The position numbers and the translations under genes were made by a program. A stretch of 64,000 bases of DNA from Obrimoposthia wandeli (Eukaryota). Below are positions 1-8,654 of the stretch, in pieces. The notes beneath the pieces are model-generated. The model did no database searches, was not told the origin of the DNA, and saw only the letters and a program-made list of their open reading frames with translations. Location: contig CDROCS010003840.1 of NCBI GenBank assembly GCA_977020255.1, positions 248,001-312,000 of the forward strand, written 5' to 3'. The first letter of the stretch is position 1; every line of letters begins with the position of its first letter.

Positions 1-306
1 GATCATTGAACCATCTTTGAATAGGTATTTTGCCCATTCTTTTTCTTGTTCTGCGGCTTCTTTGAAAATGTCAAAGCAATCTTGTTGGCATTCTTGCGCA
101 ATGTCAGCCATTTCAGGATCATCGTGTCGACCACGAAGAAGGTTCAGAATGTGTTGAGTACCCGTTAGATGAAGGGCTTCATCACGGGCAATTAGCTTGA
201 TGATTTTCGCATTACCTTCCATTAATTCACGCTCGGCAAATGCAAATGAACATGCAAAGCTGACGTAGAAACGGATAGCCTCAAGTGCATTAACTGACAT
301 CATACA
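1..306 (-). pseudogene. nrdB: Second, 5'-truncated copy of the 3' half of ribonucleotide reductase beta subunit (runs off the window start)
   Basis: Aligns without gaps to 13806-14111 (offset 13805) with 20 mismatches in 306 nt by hand count. Open frame [17 protein letters not shown]...KDGSMI; no start codon or N-terminal half. Confidence 0.9.
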
Positions 307-773
307 TGTGGGTTTATCGTAGGAATGAATATATGGTAAAGCCGGTTGTAATCTACGATTACCAACCAAGCCGAGCACGTAGCTGTCCAAAAACATTTTA
401 ACCGGGTACGCAGGTTACTTACAGAGTGATGGTTACAGTGCTTATGAAAATGTCGACAATATAATTCCTGTTGGTTGCTGGGCACATGCAAGGCGTAAGT
501 TTCACTATGCCTTAACCGCACAGCCAAAAAAACGGGTACGGGTAAAGCCACGGTCGCCATCAATCACATCCAATCACTTTATGCGATAGAGAAAAAAGCC
601 AAATCATTAACGCCTGAAGAACGGCAACAATGACGCGTTAAAAAAGCAGAACCCGTCTTGCTCCAATTTCATGAATGGTTGGTTAAAAGTGCAGAAACAG
701 TCACGCCAAAAAGTAAAATAGGCGTGGCGATTTTATATACCTTAAATCAATGGGAAAAGCTGAGGCGCTATCT
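300..773 (+). mobile_element. IS66-family transposase (TnpC) remnant with frameshifts and a stop
   Basis: Translates to SYMWVYR, YLQSDGYSAY, GCWAHARRKF and AILYTLNQWEKLRRYL, all IS66 TnpC motifs, but in broken frames. Confidence 0.85.
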
Positions 774-1186
774 TTATTGGCAGATGCAAAAACCGGAGCC
801 CTCATTATTACAGCAGGTCTCAATTTACTGACAAACAAAGGTATTTATCAATGCTGAAGTTTAGAGTTGCCCCTCAACAAAGTCATTTAGGTTCACTATT
901 AGATAGTATTCGTTGGCAAGAGTAATTAAAGTTAGACAAGTCTTTGGTGCCTGTTGTTGATGGAGAAGTAGATTCAGTAAAAAAATCGGAGCCATTTAGA
1001 CTCAGTTTACGCGCTAACTCGAACTATAGCAGGCTCAACGTTCCGTCACTAAGGTAAAGAAGGCTATCTATTTGTTGGGGAAACGACCGTTGAGTTACAT
1101 CGGAGATCTGAAAAGCTTGCTTCAGCACCCACTTGTCGCTTTGTTATGAGCTTAGTCACGGATGACAAAGACAAATAGTTAGCAGG

Positions 1187-1420
1187 ATGGTGTTACTTAT
1201 TAATAACGGATTAATTACCATGCAAACAATTACCAGACCTATTGTTAGTGATGCATTATTAACGTCACTAAAGTCTATTTGGTCAATAGATGAAGAGCAG
1301 ATATACACAAAACTAAAAGAATTGGATTTAGAGCTAAAAATAAGTGATAAAATAATATGTGTTGATGAGGGTGATACAAATAAAAAAATGATCTTCTTTT
1401 TTTTTGGGATAGAACTCTGA
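1187..1420 (+). pseudogene. Probable N-terminal part of the downstream radical SAM gene, separated by a frameshift
   Basis: The frame of ORF 1537-2736 stays open back to 1384. One extra base in A7 (1382-1388) or T9 (1397-1405) fuses the two ORFs. Confidence 0.6.
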
Positions 1421-1536
1421 ATTTTATAGATTGGTGTACTTACAATCATATAGAGCATTATTATGATTTTTTTGAAGGTAGAGTATTCCATGAAAAAGAG
1501 CAGGATTATATTGAATACATTCTCGTATCAAAATAC

Positions 1537-2736
1537 ATGTTGTATAAACTACTCCGTAGTCACCCTGCGAGCATAGATGACATACTAAGGTGGAATAAAA
1601 AATCATCTGTTAATGATTTTATTATTAATGAAACAATAAAATTGTTTGTTAAAAATCCCCCATCAGAAAATGTAGCATTGTCATTACCGACGAGAAAATA
1701 TCAAGGGTATTGTAATCAGGCCTTCATTGCATTTATTGTTGGGTACGATGAATCTCATCTCTGTTGTAGTGGATGGCAAGCATCGAAAAGTATAGGTAAC
1801 CCTTCAAAGGAACCTTTGAAGGAGATATGGAATAGCGAGCAGGCGAAAGCATTTAGAAAGTCTATCATTGACGGCTCTTATCGGTACTGTTTAGATGATA
1901 CTTGCCCATTCTTAAGCTCAGATAATAATAACTTCCCTAGATTAGAACAATATCCGACCTCTATTCAAAATGATATCATTCGTGGTGACGGTGTCATGTC
2001 TCATGGTCCGGCGTTTCTTAATTGTGGTTTTGATATGTCTTGCAATCTTTCTTGCCCATCTTGTAGAAGCGAAAAAATCATTGAAGTTGGAGAGCGAGCA
2101 GATAACATCAAAAAAATTGAAAACAAGATAGAAGAGATTGGTTCATTCTTCCATAATATTTCAATCTCAGGCTCAGGTGACCCATTCGGCTCTCCATATT
2201 CAAAAAGATTCTTAAAAAGAATTAATAGCACCATATTTCCAAATCTTAAAAATATCAACTTGCACTGTAATGGGCAGTTATTTACGCAACGTAATTGGGA
2301 GCAATTACCACAAATTTTTCAAGATAGTACAATTAGCGCAGAGATATCACTCGATGGCTCTACAAAAAAAACAATCGAGTGCAACCGCAGAGGCGTAATT
2401 TTTGAAAAGTTATTAACTAATCTAAAATTCATTGCTAAATTAAGAAACCAGCAAAAAATTAACAGTTTAAAATTTAGTTTTGTTGTACAAGATAATAACT
2501 TTCATGAAATGAGTGATTTTGTTGAATTATGTGTTGGGTTGAATGCCGACTTTATTATCTTTACTAAGATTGTAAATTGGGGAACATTTACCGAAGAAGA
2601 ATATGCTAAAAAGGCAGTTCATATGAAAACTCACCCGAATCACCATGCTTTAGTAGAAGTTATCAATAATGAAAACTTAAAAAATAGAATTGTCATGTTA
2701 GGGAATTTAGAACCATTACTTTATGATGAAAGATAA
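1537..2736 (+). CDS. Radical SAM protein with N-terminal SPASM/twitch-like Cys cluster
   Basis: CNLSCPSC (CxxxCxxC), SGSGDPF and ISLDG motifs. Upstream YC...LCC...IGN...EIWNS...C....CP pattern is SPASM-like. Confidence 0.85.
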   Translation: MLYKLLRSHPASIDDILRWNKKSSVNDFIINETIKLFVKNPPSENVALSLPTRKYQGYCNQAFIAFIVGYDESHLCCSGWQASKSIGNPSKEPLKEIWNSEQAKAFRKSIIDGSYRYCLDDTCPFLSSDNNNFPRLEQYPTSIQNDIIRGDGVMSHGPAFLNCGFDMSCNLSCPSCRSEKIIEVGERADNIKKIENKIEEIGSFFHNISISGSGDPFGSPYSKRFLKRINSTIFPNLKNINLHCNGQLFTQRNWEQLPQIFQDSTISAEISLDGSTKKTIECNRRGVIFEKLLTNLKFIAKLRNQQKINSLKFSFVVQDNNFHEMSDFVELCVGLNADFIIFTKIVNWGTFTEEEYAKKAVHMKTHPNHHALVEVINNENLKNRIVMLGNLEPLLYDER

Positions 2737-2804
2737 TAAATTTTTTGTTGCTATAAAAATTTTTGCGAAACATGCCTCTGTACTTAACTCAGCTCTAAAC
2801 TTTA

Positions 2805-3821
2805 CCTGATTACCACCGAACCTCAGCTAGCTTGAGTAAATGTTGAGGCATCGGTGTTGTTTGAATACTTGAATAAATTAGCTGTTCAAGCATCTTTTCT
2901 AAATTAAACCGTCGATTGAACTTAAAACAGAACTCTGCAAGATAACGGGGTAAATGCTTATTATTGATTGAATGATAAGTGCCATGCATTGAGTTTTTAA
3001 CATTACTAATCATGGTGTTGACCCATTTAAAATAAGGCAACTCTACACAACCAGCTCCACCGCCTGTGACAATCGCATGGTGAAAGCTTTTTGCATCTTC
3101 AATACCACGAAAGCAGGCTAGACCATCAGAAATAACGAGTGATTTAGGCCTTAAATATACTTTAGCCCAGCGAGTCAGTTCTGCTTTCTTAAATCCATCA
3201 ACAGCACTAAAACGCATCCGCATAGGATGACTATCGTCATTCATTGATACGGCAGCAACAAAAGGCCGTTTCCCTTTAGCTCCTCGTCCTCGGATGCCAC
3301 GCTGGACACCGCCCCAGTAGGCATAGTCTATTTGAACGCAATCACCTAACGGTGTTTTATCGTCACGTTCTTTTATTGCTTGCATGAGTTTCTGTTTGAC
3401 TCGCCATGCCGTGTTGTATGAGACACCGAGTTGCCTTGAAAGATCAAGGGCTGAAATACCGTTTTTTTCTTGTGTTATAAGATAAATAGCTAAGAACCAA
3501 ACAGTTAAAGGCAGTTTGGAATAGGCAAACAGAGTACCCGATATCAATGAAGTTTGATGATGGCATAGGTTACATTGAAATAAAGCGCGAGATTGTAAAT
3601 GGCAATATCTGTCATGGTTGCAGTTAGGGAAACGGTATCCCGTCGGCCCTCGCTTCTCGAACAACCTTTTCAGGCATTGCTCCTCAATACCATACTTATT
3701 CATAAAGTCATGGATAGAAATGCCTTTTTGAAACTGAATTTTATTTTTAGCCATGATCTCACCCTCATGAAATCACTTATATAAGTGTAGTTAAGAAGGT
3801 GGAGTATTAGGGGTAATCAAG
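2805..3821 (-). mobile_element. Complete IS1595-family element, 1017 bp
   Basis: Terminal inverted repeats CCTGATTACC (2805-2814) and GGTAATCAAG (3812-3821), flanked by an 8-bp direct repeat AAACTTTA at 2797-2804 and 3822-3829. Confidence 0.9.
2810..3754 (-). CDS. IS1595-family transposase, possibly inactive
   Basis: N-terminal Zn ribbon, GISALDLSRQLGVSYNTAW, SDG and YLAEFCFKFNRR motifs. Normally conserved residues look substituted (RGP for RWP, FPNC for CPxC, IDYAY at the first catalytic position). Confidence 0.88.
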   Translation of the reverse strand: MAKNKIQFQKGISIHDFMNKYGIEEQCLKRLFEKRGPTGYRFPNCNHDRYCHLQSRALFQCNLCHHQTSLISGTLFAYSKLPLTVWFLAIYLITQEKNGISALDLSRQLGVSYNTAWRVKQKLMQAIKERDDKTPLGDCVQIDYAYWGGVQRGIRGRGAKGKRPFVAAVSMNDDSHPMRMRFSAVDGFKKAELTRWAKVYLRPKSLVISDGLACFRGIEDAKSFHHAIVTGGGAGCVELPYFKWVNTMISNVKNSMHGTYHSINNKHLPRYLAEFCFKFNRRFNLEKMLEQLIYSSIQTTPMPQHLLKLAEVRW

Positions 3822-3861
3822 AAACTTTATGTTATTACAGACCATATAAACGAGAGCTGCC

Positions 3862-4160
3862 ATGGACATGCCAGAAGCAAGCTTTTTGAATTAGCAACAA
3901 CAGCTTAGTAACGAAGATGATTGCCTTAACTATTTGAAGCAAATGAAATGGCCCAACGGTTTTGTTTGTCCTTGTTGTGGAAGTGAGTGCAGCTGCGAAT
4001 AACAGACTCGAAAATTATATGAATGTAGCGACTGTCACAAACAGACATCAGTAACTGCCGGCACCCTTTTCCATCACAGCCCTATTTCACAGATGAAATG
4101 GTTCTGGGGCATCTATTTTTCAGGCTCTGATAAAGGAAGCATTTCGACGCTAAGACTCAG
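3862..4160 (+). mobile_element. Second, decayed IS1595-family transposase N-terminal fragment
   Basis: Reads MDMPEASFLN*QQQLSNEDDCLNYLKQMKWPNGFVCPCCG...YECSDCHKQTSVTAGTLFH...KGSIST with two in-frame stops. Confidence 0.8.
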
Positions 4161-4222
4161 AGCGGTCACAAACCTATCAAGCAGGACTAACCCCTAGTGG
4201 TCATTGCACTATTTTCCTGAGG

Positions 4223-4585
4223 ATGAAAAGATCTGCCCCTGTTGTTAGGGACGTAATGCATAAAGCATTGTTCAATGAGCGGGTTATCCACGGCGACGAA
4301 ACGACACTTCAGGTTCTAAAGGAACCCGGCAGAAAGGCGCAGAATAAATCCTATCTCTGGGCTGACTCCAGCCCTGAACAAAGTACCACGTCAGTGGTGT
4401 TTTCGAGTACTAGACGGGTAGGGCACATACTTACGGCAATACTTACAGACTTCCACATCTGGCTTGATAAGACGGCAGCTAAACTGCTTTCCCAGAGCCC
4501 GATGGGAAGGCGGTTAGTTATGCGCTCAAACAGTGGATCTACTTGAAAATGTATGTCGAGGATGGTTCTACCCTATAGCAATACG
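4223..4585 (+). mobile_element. IS66-family transposase remnant with internal deletion
   Basis: IHGDETTLQVLKEPGRKAQNKSYLW, then in a shifted frame AVSYALKQWIYLKMYVEDG. Confidence 0.8.
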
Positions 4586-4890
4586 CCCGCTAAATAGCTA
4601 GGTGGGAGGAAGCACTCGCCTGCAGTGGAACAGTAAGAGGGGAGGGCTGGTTGTTGCGATTCAGGGGGCGCAAGCTTTGTGTTCCAGCTAGTGCTTTAAT
4701 GGTGGGTGGACCTGTTTGCGAAAGCCAGCGGCTGGTAGAAGCACGTCAAGGCCAATACCATTCCCTCCAGAATGTGTCCTCCGTCTGGGCAGGGAAGTAT
4801 TATGGCACCGAAGCTACAGACTGATGAAAATAAACATACTCAAGCGTTGCTGTTTATCCGAAAGGTCAGGGTGAGTGGCAATGTACAGCC
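4581..4890 (+). other. Possible 5' remnant (domain I) of a group II intron
   Basis: Non-coding, GC/purine-rich. Begins ATACGCCC (similar to the GTGCGCCC intron start) right at the IS66 EDG..DNN position. Nested stems GCTGG/CCAGC, TTGCG/CGCAA and GGAGGG/CCCTCC. Confidence 0.35.
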
Positions 4891-4920
4891 CTTTTTAAGG
4901 CGAACTTTCAAGCAGGCTCT

Positions 4921-7050
4921 TTAAGCGACAGCGTTGCGTGTAGTTGACTCTGTACTTTGGCTAATATCGATACTCCTATCAGCCGCAGCGATAGTTTCAG
5001 GTCGATGAGCGATCTGAACTGCCGGTAAGTTTAAGTCACGTATCGCTTGTATAATCTTTTTCTCGCTAGCAACATCCAGGTGGCTTGTCGCCTCATCGAG
5101 AATCAATAATTTAGGTCGCTTATAAAGCGCCCGCGCAAAGATAATACGCTGTTTTTGTCCGCCGGATACTGTGCTCCCCATCTCTCCAACCAGAGTTTGA
5201 TATCCCATAGGCATAGCTTCGATCTCATCGTGAATATTTGCAAGCTTGGCACACTCAATGGCCCTTTCCATGTCTACCTGTTCGGAGAAGAAACAAATAT
5301 TGGACAGGATTGAGCCATTAAATAACTGATCATCCTGAAAGACAGAGCCAATATCCGTTCTCAGCTCAGCAAGATTACAGTGAGAAACATCCTGGCCAAA
5401 TATTCTTATTTGCCCAGTGTTGGGCTGATAAAGCCCTAGGATCAGTTTGGCCAAGGTGGTTTTCCCGCACCCGGATCGACCGGTTATTGCCACCACCTCG
5501 CCAGGTGACACTGTAAAAGACAGGTTTTCAAACAGCACTGGGCTGTTGTCAGAGTAACGAAAGCTTAGGTTGTCTGCGCTCACTGTTACGGCATCACGTC
5601 CCGGTTTTCGGTGAGCCTGCGAGGGAAAATCTGCGTTAAGCCGCTCTTTTTTTGTTAACACTATGTCTGCCAAGCGCTCGGTATGTACAGACAACATTTT
5701 AAATTCAAAGTAATTGTTAATCAGCCCAGTAACGCTTGCCGAAAAACGTGCCTGAAAGGATAAGAAGGCAATGAGCATACCTACGGTAAAAACATCATCC
5801 AATACTAGTTTAGCTCCCAGCCACAACACCCCTGCCGTGGTAATAGCCACTAAACCCTCAATTAACACACTATAAATCATCAGTAATTTGGACTCATTAA
5901 GCTGGGCATTTCTCCGAGCAATGTTTAGATTTTTCCAAGCGTTTTCCCGCCATCCCATCCCTCCATTGATCCTAACACTTAGGATCCCATGTAGCGTTTC
6001 AAGAAAGTGACTCAGTTCTTTGGCATTCGTTGACCAGATATCTTCTTCTGCTCGCTTGAAACTGTCGAACCAGGCAAAACGTATCAGGGCATAGATTAAT
6101 GTTGTAGTGATGCATACCATTGTCAGTGTAGGGCTGTAGACCAGCATAATAACGAGCGTTCCGGTTACCAAAATAATGTCCAGTAGCGCCTGAATAATAT
6201 TCGTGGTAATTGCATGCTGGATGGTATTCAGTGAATCAAATTTAGCTGATATATCCCCCAATTCTCTCTTTTCATACCAATCAATAGGAAGTCTAATCAG
6301 ACGGTGAAAGACATTGGCAGCCCACTGCATATTAAAGTTGACCGACAAATAAATGGTGAACCATTGGCGCGCAAAACTGACTAGGCTTTGCGTCGCCGCA
6401 AGCATTAACAAGGCTACTATCACCAAGTCAAGTAAGTTGTGGTCAAAGCCGACTAAAACTTCATCAATAATAACCTGATTAACCAGTGGTGCCATAAGAG
6501 CCAACACTTCGAGTGCCACTGCAAAGATGAAAATTTTAGTAAGCGCTCGTTTAAACCCCAACGTTTTTCCGATTAGATCCCTGATCCGAACTTTTTTCCG
6601 AACATCTGTCTTTTCAAAGTCATGCGTTGGTGCCAGCTCCAGTGCAATGCCTGTGTAGTGCTTGTTCAGCTCAGTCCCAGTGACTTTTCTTACTCCCGAT
6701 GCTGGATCGTAGATTTCGTAGTACTTGTCGGTGACTTTACTGAGAACGACAAAATGGTTCATATCCCAATGTAAAATACACGGTAAAGCCAGTTGCGGTA
6801 AGTCATCCAAACTGGCATGTAAAGGCCTGGAAGAAAGATTCAAATTCTGCGCAGAACTAATCACATCCGCTAGTGTCAGCCCATGCTGTGAGAAGTTATA
6901 GCGTGACCGTAAAGCAGGCAGATCGATTTTGAAGCCATGCCAATCAGCGATCATCGCCAAACAGGCCACACCACACTCAGCCGATTCTGTCTGTCTGATC
7001 AGCGTGAGCTTTTTCCGCCATGTCCAGTCGAGACTTTCCATTTGGATCAT
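4921..7050 (-). CDS. C39 peptidase-containing ABC transporter (CvaB/MchF-like peptide exporter)
   Basis: ECGVACLAM (catalytic Cys) and LHWDMNHFVVL (His), TM domain, Walker A GRSGCGKTT, signature VSGGQKQR, Walker B ILDEAT. Likely start at 7050 overlaps the HlyD stop (ATGA). Confidence 0.93.
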   Translation of the reverse strand: MIQMESLDWTWRKKLTLIRQTESAECGVACLAMIADWHGFKIDLPALRSRYNFSQHGLTLADVISSAQNLNLSSRPLHASLDDLPQLALPCILHWDMNHFVVLSKVTDKYYEIYDPASGVRKVTGTELNKHYTGIALELAPTHDFEKTDVRKKVRIRDLIGKTLGFKRALTKIFIFAVALEVLALMAPLVNQVIIDEVLVGFDHNLLDLVIVALLMLAATQSLVSFARQWFTIYLSVNFNMQWAANVFHRLIRLPIDWYEKRELGDISAKFDSLNTIQHAITTNIIQALLDIILVTGTLVIMLVYSPTLTMVCITTTLIYALIRFAWFDSFKRAEEDIWSTNAKELSHFLETLHGILSVRINGGMGWRENAWKNLNIARRNAQLNESKLLMIYSVLIEGLVAITTAGVLWLGAKLVLDDVFTVGMLIAFLSFQARFSASVTGLINNYFEFKMLSVHTERLADIVLTKKERLNADFPSQAHRKPGRDAVTVSADNLSFRYSDNSPVLFENLSFTVSPGEVVAITGRSGCGKTTLAKLILGLYQPNTGQIRIFGQDVSHCNLAELRTDIGSVFQDDQLFNGSILSNICFFSEQVDMERAIECAKLANIHDEIEAMPMGYQTLVGEMGSTVSGGQKQRIIFARALYKRPKLLILDEATSHLDVASEKKIIQAIRDLNLPAVQIAHRPETIAAADRSIDISQSTESTTRNAVA

Positions 7051-8309
7051 TCGTTTATTCCTTGCATACGAGCAATTGGCCCCAATAACCATTCATAGAG
7101 CTTTCTCGTTTCCACATTAATATCAGCGCTGACTCGCATCCCGACTTTCAGTGGCTCTTCCCGGCCATAGACATCAATAGTGGGTTTGTGGAGTGAAACC
7201 ACTATTTTGTACAGCGTTTCGGTGTCGGAGCGGATAGTTTGATCCTGAGCCTTAAGCTCTAGGGGGGAAACGGTAGACTGGGAAATACTGAGTACCTTAC
7301 CCTTCTGAATACCAAACTTCTCATGTGGATAAGCATCGAAGCGCAATCCAACAGGTTGCCCTGTGTGTAGAAAGCCTATCGATCGACTCGGCGCATAGAG
7401 CTCCACCTGTAACTCGGCTCCATCAGGGATTATATTAAGGAGCACTTCTCCCTGACTGATTGCTTGACCGCTTTCAGCTCTTAGGGTGGTAACCTTGCCA
7501 TCGATCGGGGCGTGCACGACGGTTTCTGAGGCAGAGGTAAGCTCAATTTGTTGTTGATTCAAACTGTCTAGCTGTCTTTCAAGCTCCAGCCCCCGCATCT
7601 TTCCTTGCAACGATATATAGTCAATTTGATGCTCAGTAGCGATGCGCTCTCTTTCCAATTGCTGAATAAACAGTTTTTGATTCTCTTCTTCGGCCTGCAA
7701 GCTGACTAGGCTAGACAAATAATCTTTGAAGGTTAAATCGGAGATATATTGATTTTCCAGTAGCTTCTTGTAGCTCCCGTTTGCCTGTCGTTTTAACGTC
7801 GTCCTTACTTTGGCAAACTCGAGAGACTGCTTCGCACTCTCGACCTCTAGATCTAGCCGCGTGATCTTGCTCTCCAGATCACCAATACGGGATTTATTCA
7901 TTAGTTGCTCATAATCTCGCTGACTTCTGAGTGAAGAAAACTGCTGCGCTAGACTATGCTGTAAACGCTGGTTGATGCTTGCTCCGCTACTGTCAAACAG
8001 CTCGCTGTTTACTTTAAGCAGACCTGTTGACTTAGCAACGCGCTGCCCGTCTTTAATATGGATTTCTTCAATCACTCCACTTTGAGCGGATTTAACAGCG
8101 ATAAGACCGGTCGACGGTACAATAACACCCTCTAAATACGTTTTTTTTGTGTAGCTACCAAGCACAAGCAATGCCAAAATAGCGGAAATAACCAAGATGC
8201 AGCAAGCCGTCACTATGCGTTGATTCAAGCCTGACAATAATAGGATTTGCCCGGTTTCTGCTTGGTGCTGCTGCTGAAGATATTCTTGCCGAAAGATTTG
8301 CTGTGACAT
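7047..8309 (-). CDS. HlyD-family membrane fusion protein (CvaA/MchE-like)
   Basis: N-terminal TM anchor, long coiled coil, HAPIDGKV lipoyl-like motif, LRFDAYPHEKFG and the ETRKLYEWLLGP tail typical of bacteriocin secretion adaptors. Confidence 0.92.
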   Translation of the reverse strand: MSQQIFRQEYLQQQHQAETGQILLLSGLNQRIVTACCILVISAILALLVLGSYTKKTYLEGVIVPSTGLIAVKSAQSGVIEEIHIKDGQRVAKSTGLLKVNSELFDSSGASINQRLQHSLAQQFSSLRSQRDYEQLMNKSRIGDLESKITRLDLEVESAKQSLEFAKVRTTLKRQANGSYKKLLENQYISDLTFKDYLSSLVSLQAEEENQKLFIQQLERERIATEHQIDYISLQGKMRGLELERQLDSLNQQQIELTSASETVVHAPIDGKVTTLRAESGQAISQGEVLLNIIPDGAELQVELYAPSRSIGFLHTGQPVGLRFDAYPHEKFGIQKGKVLSISQSTVSPLELKAQDQTIRSDTETLYKIVVSLHKPTIDVYGREEPLKVGMRVSADINVETRKLYEWLLGPIARMQGINE

Positions 8310-8338
8310 ACTTAAGTTGCGCTACCTGCCCTTATCTG

Positions 8339-8363
8339 AAAAACAGGGACAAAAGTGCCCCTG
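8339..8363 (-). terminator. Intrinsic terminator between precursor and export genes
   Basis: Minus strand reads CAGGGGCAC-TTTT-GTCCCTG followed by TTTTT. Confidence 0.6.
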
Positions 8364-8406
8364 TCATATTGATATCAGGCTTGCGCCTATTGCTGAGAAT
8401 TACCGA

Positions 8407-8550
8407 TTAACGGTAGTAACTTTCTTCGCTAGTACCGCCACCGCCAATTGGGCGACCTTCTTCGTCAGTACCACTACCACCACCAGTACTACCTTCTTCG
8501 CCGCCGGCACCAGTGACTAGCTTGATTTGGTCTTCATTAAGTTCAAACAT
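8407..8550 (-). CDS. 47-aa double-glycine-leader precursor peptide MFELNEDQIKLVTGA-GGEEGSTGGGSGTDEEGRPIGGGGTSEESYYR (not in ORF track)
   Basis: Translated by hand: ATG at 8550, TAA at 8407-8409, AGGA RBS upstream. The 15-aa leader fits the M-x-E-L-x-x-x-x-I-x-x-V-x-G-[GA] pattern. Lies directly upstream of the HlyD and C39-ABC genes. Confidence 0.88.
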   Translation of the reverse strand: MFELNEDQIKLVTGAGGEEGSTGGGSGTDEEGRPIGGGGTSEESYYR

Positions 8551-8654
8551 ACATATTTCCTATATATTAAATGATGCAGCAAAAGTGCGCTGCCCACATT
8601 GAGACTGAAAACAGCCTAATTTTTTGATTACTGTTTTGGAGTAAATTATTAGCT

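Noticed and set aside
774-1150. Possible gene fragment or attC-like site
   Set aside because: A long frame with one stop is present, but I recognise no family, and the TAACAA-like end lacks a matching inverse core.
8317-8520. 67-aa Thr-rich plus-strand ORF from the track
   Set aside because: It is the antisense shadow of the Gly-rich precursor (ACC/GCC runs) and lacks an RBS; the minus-strand frame has the leader and context.
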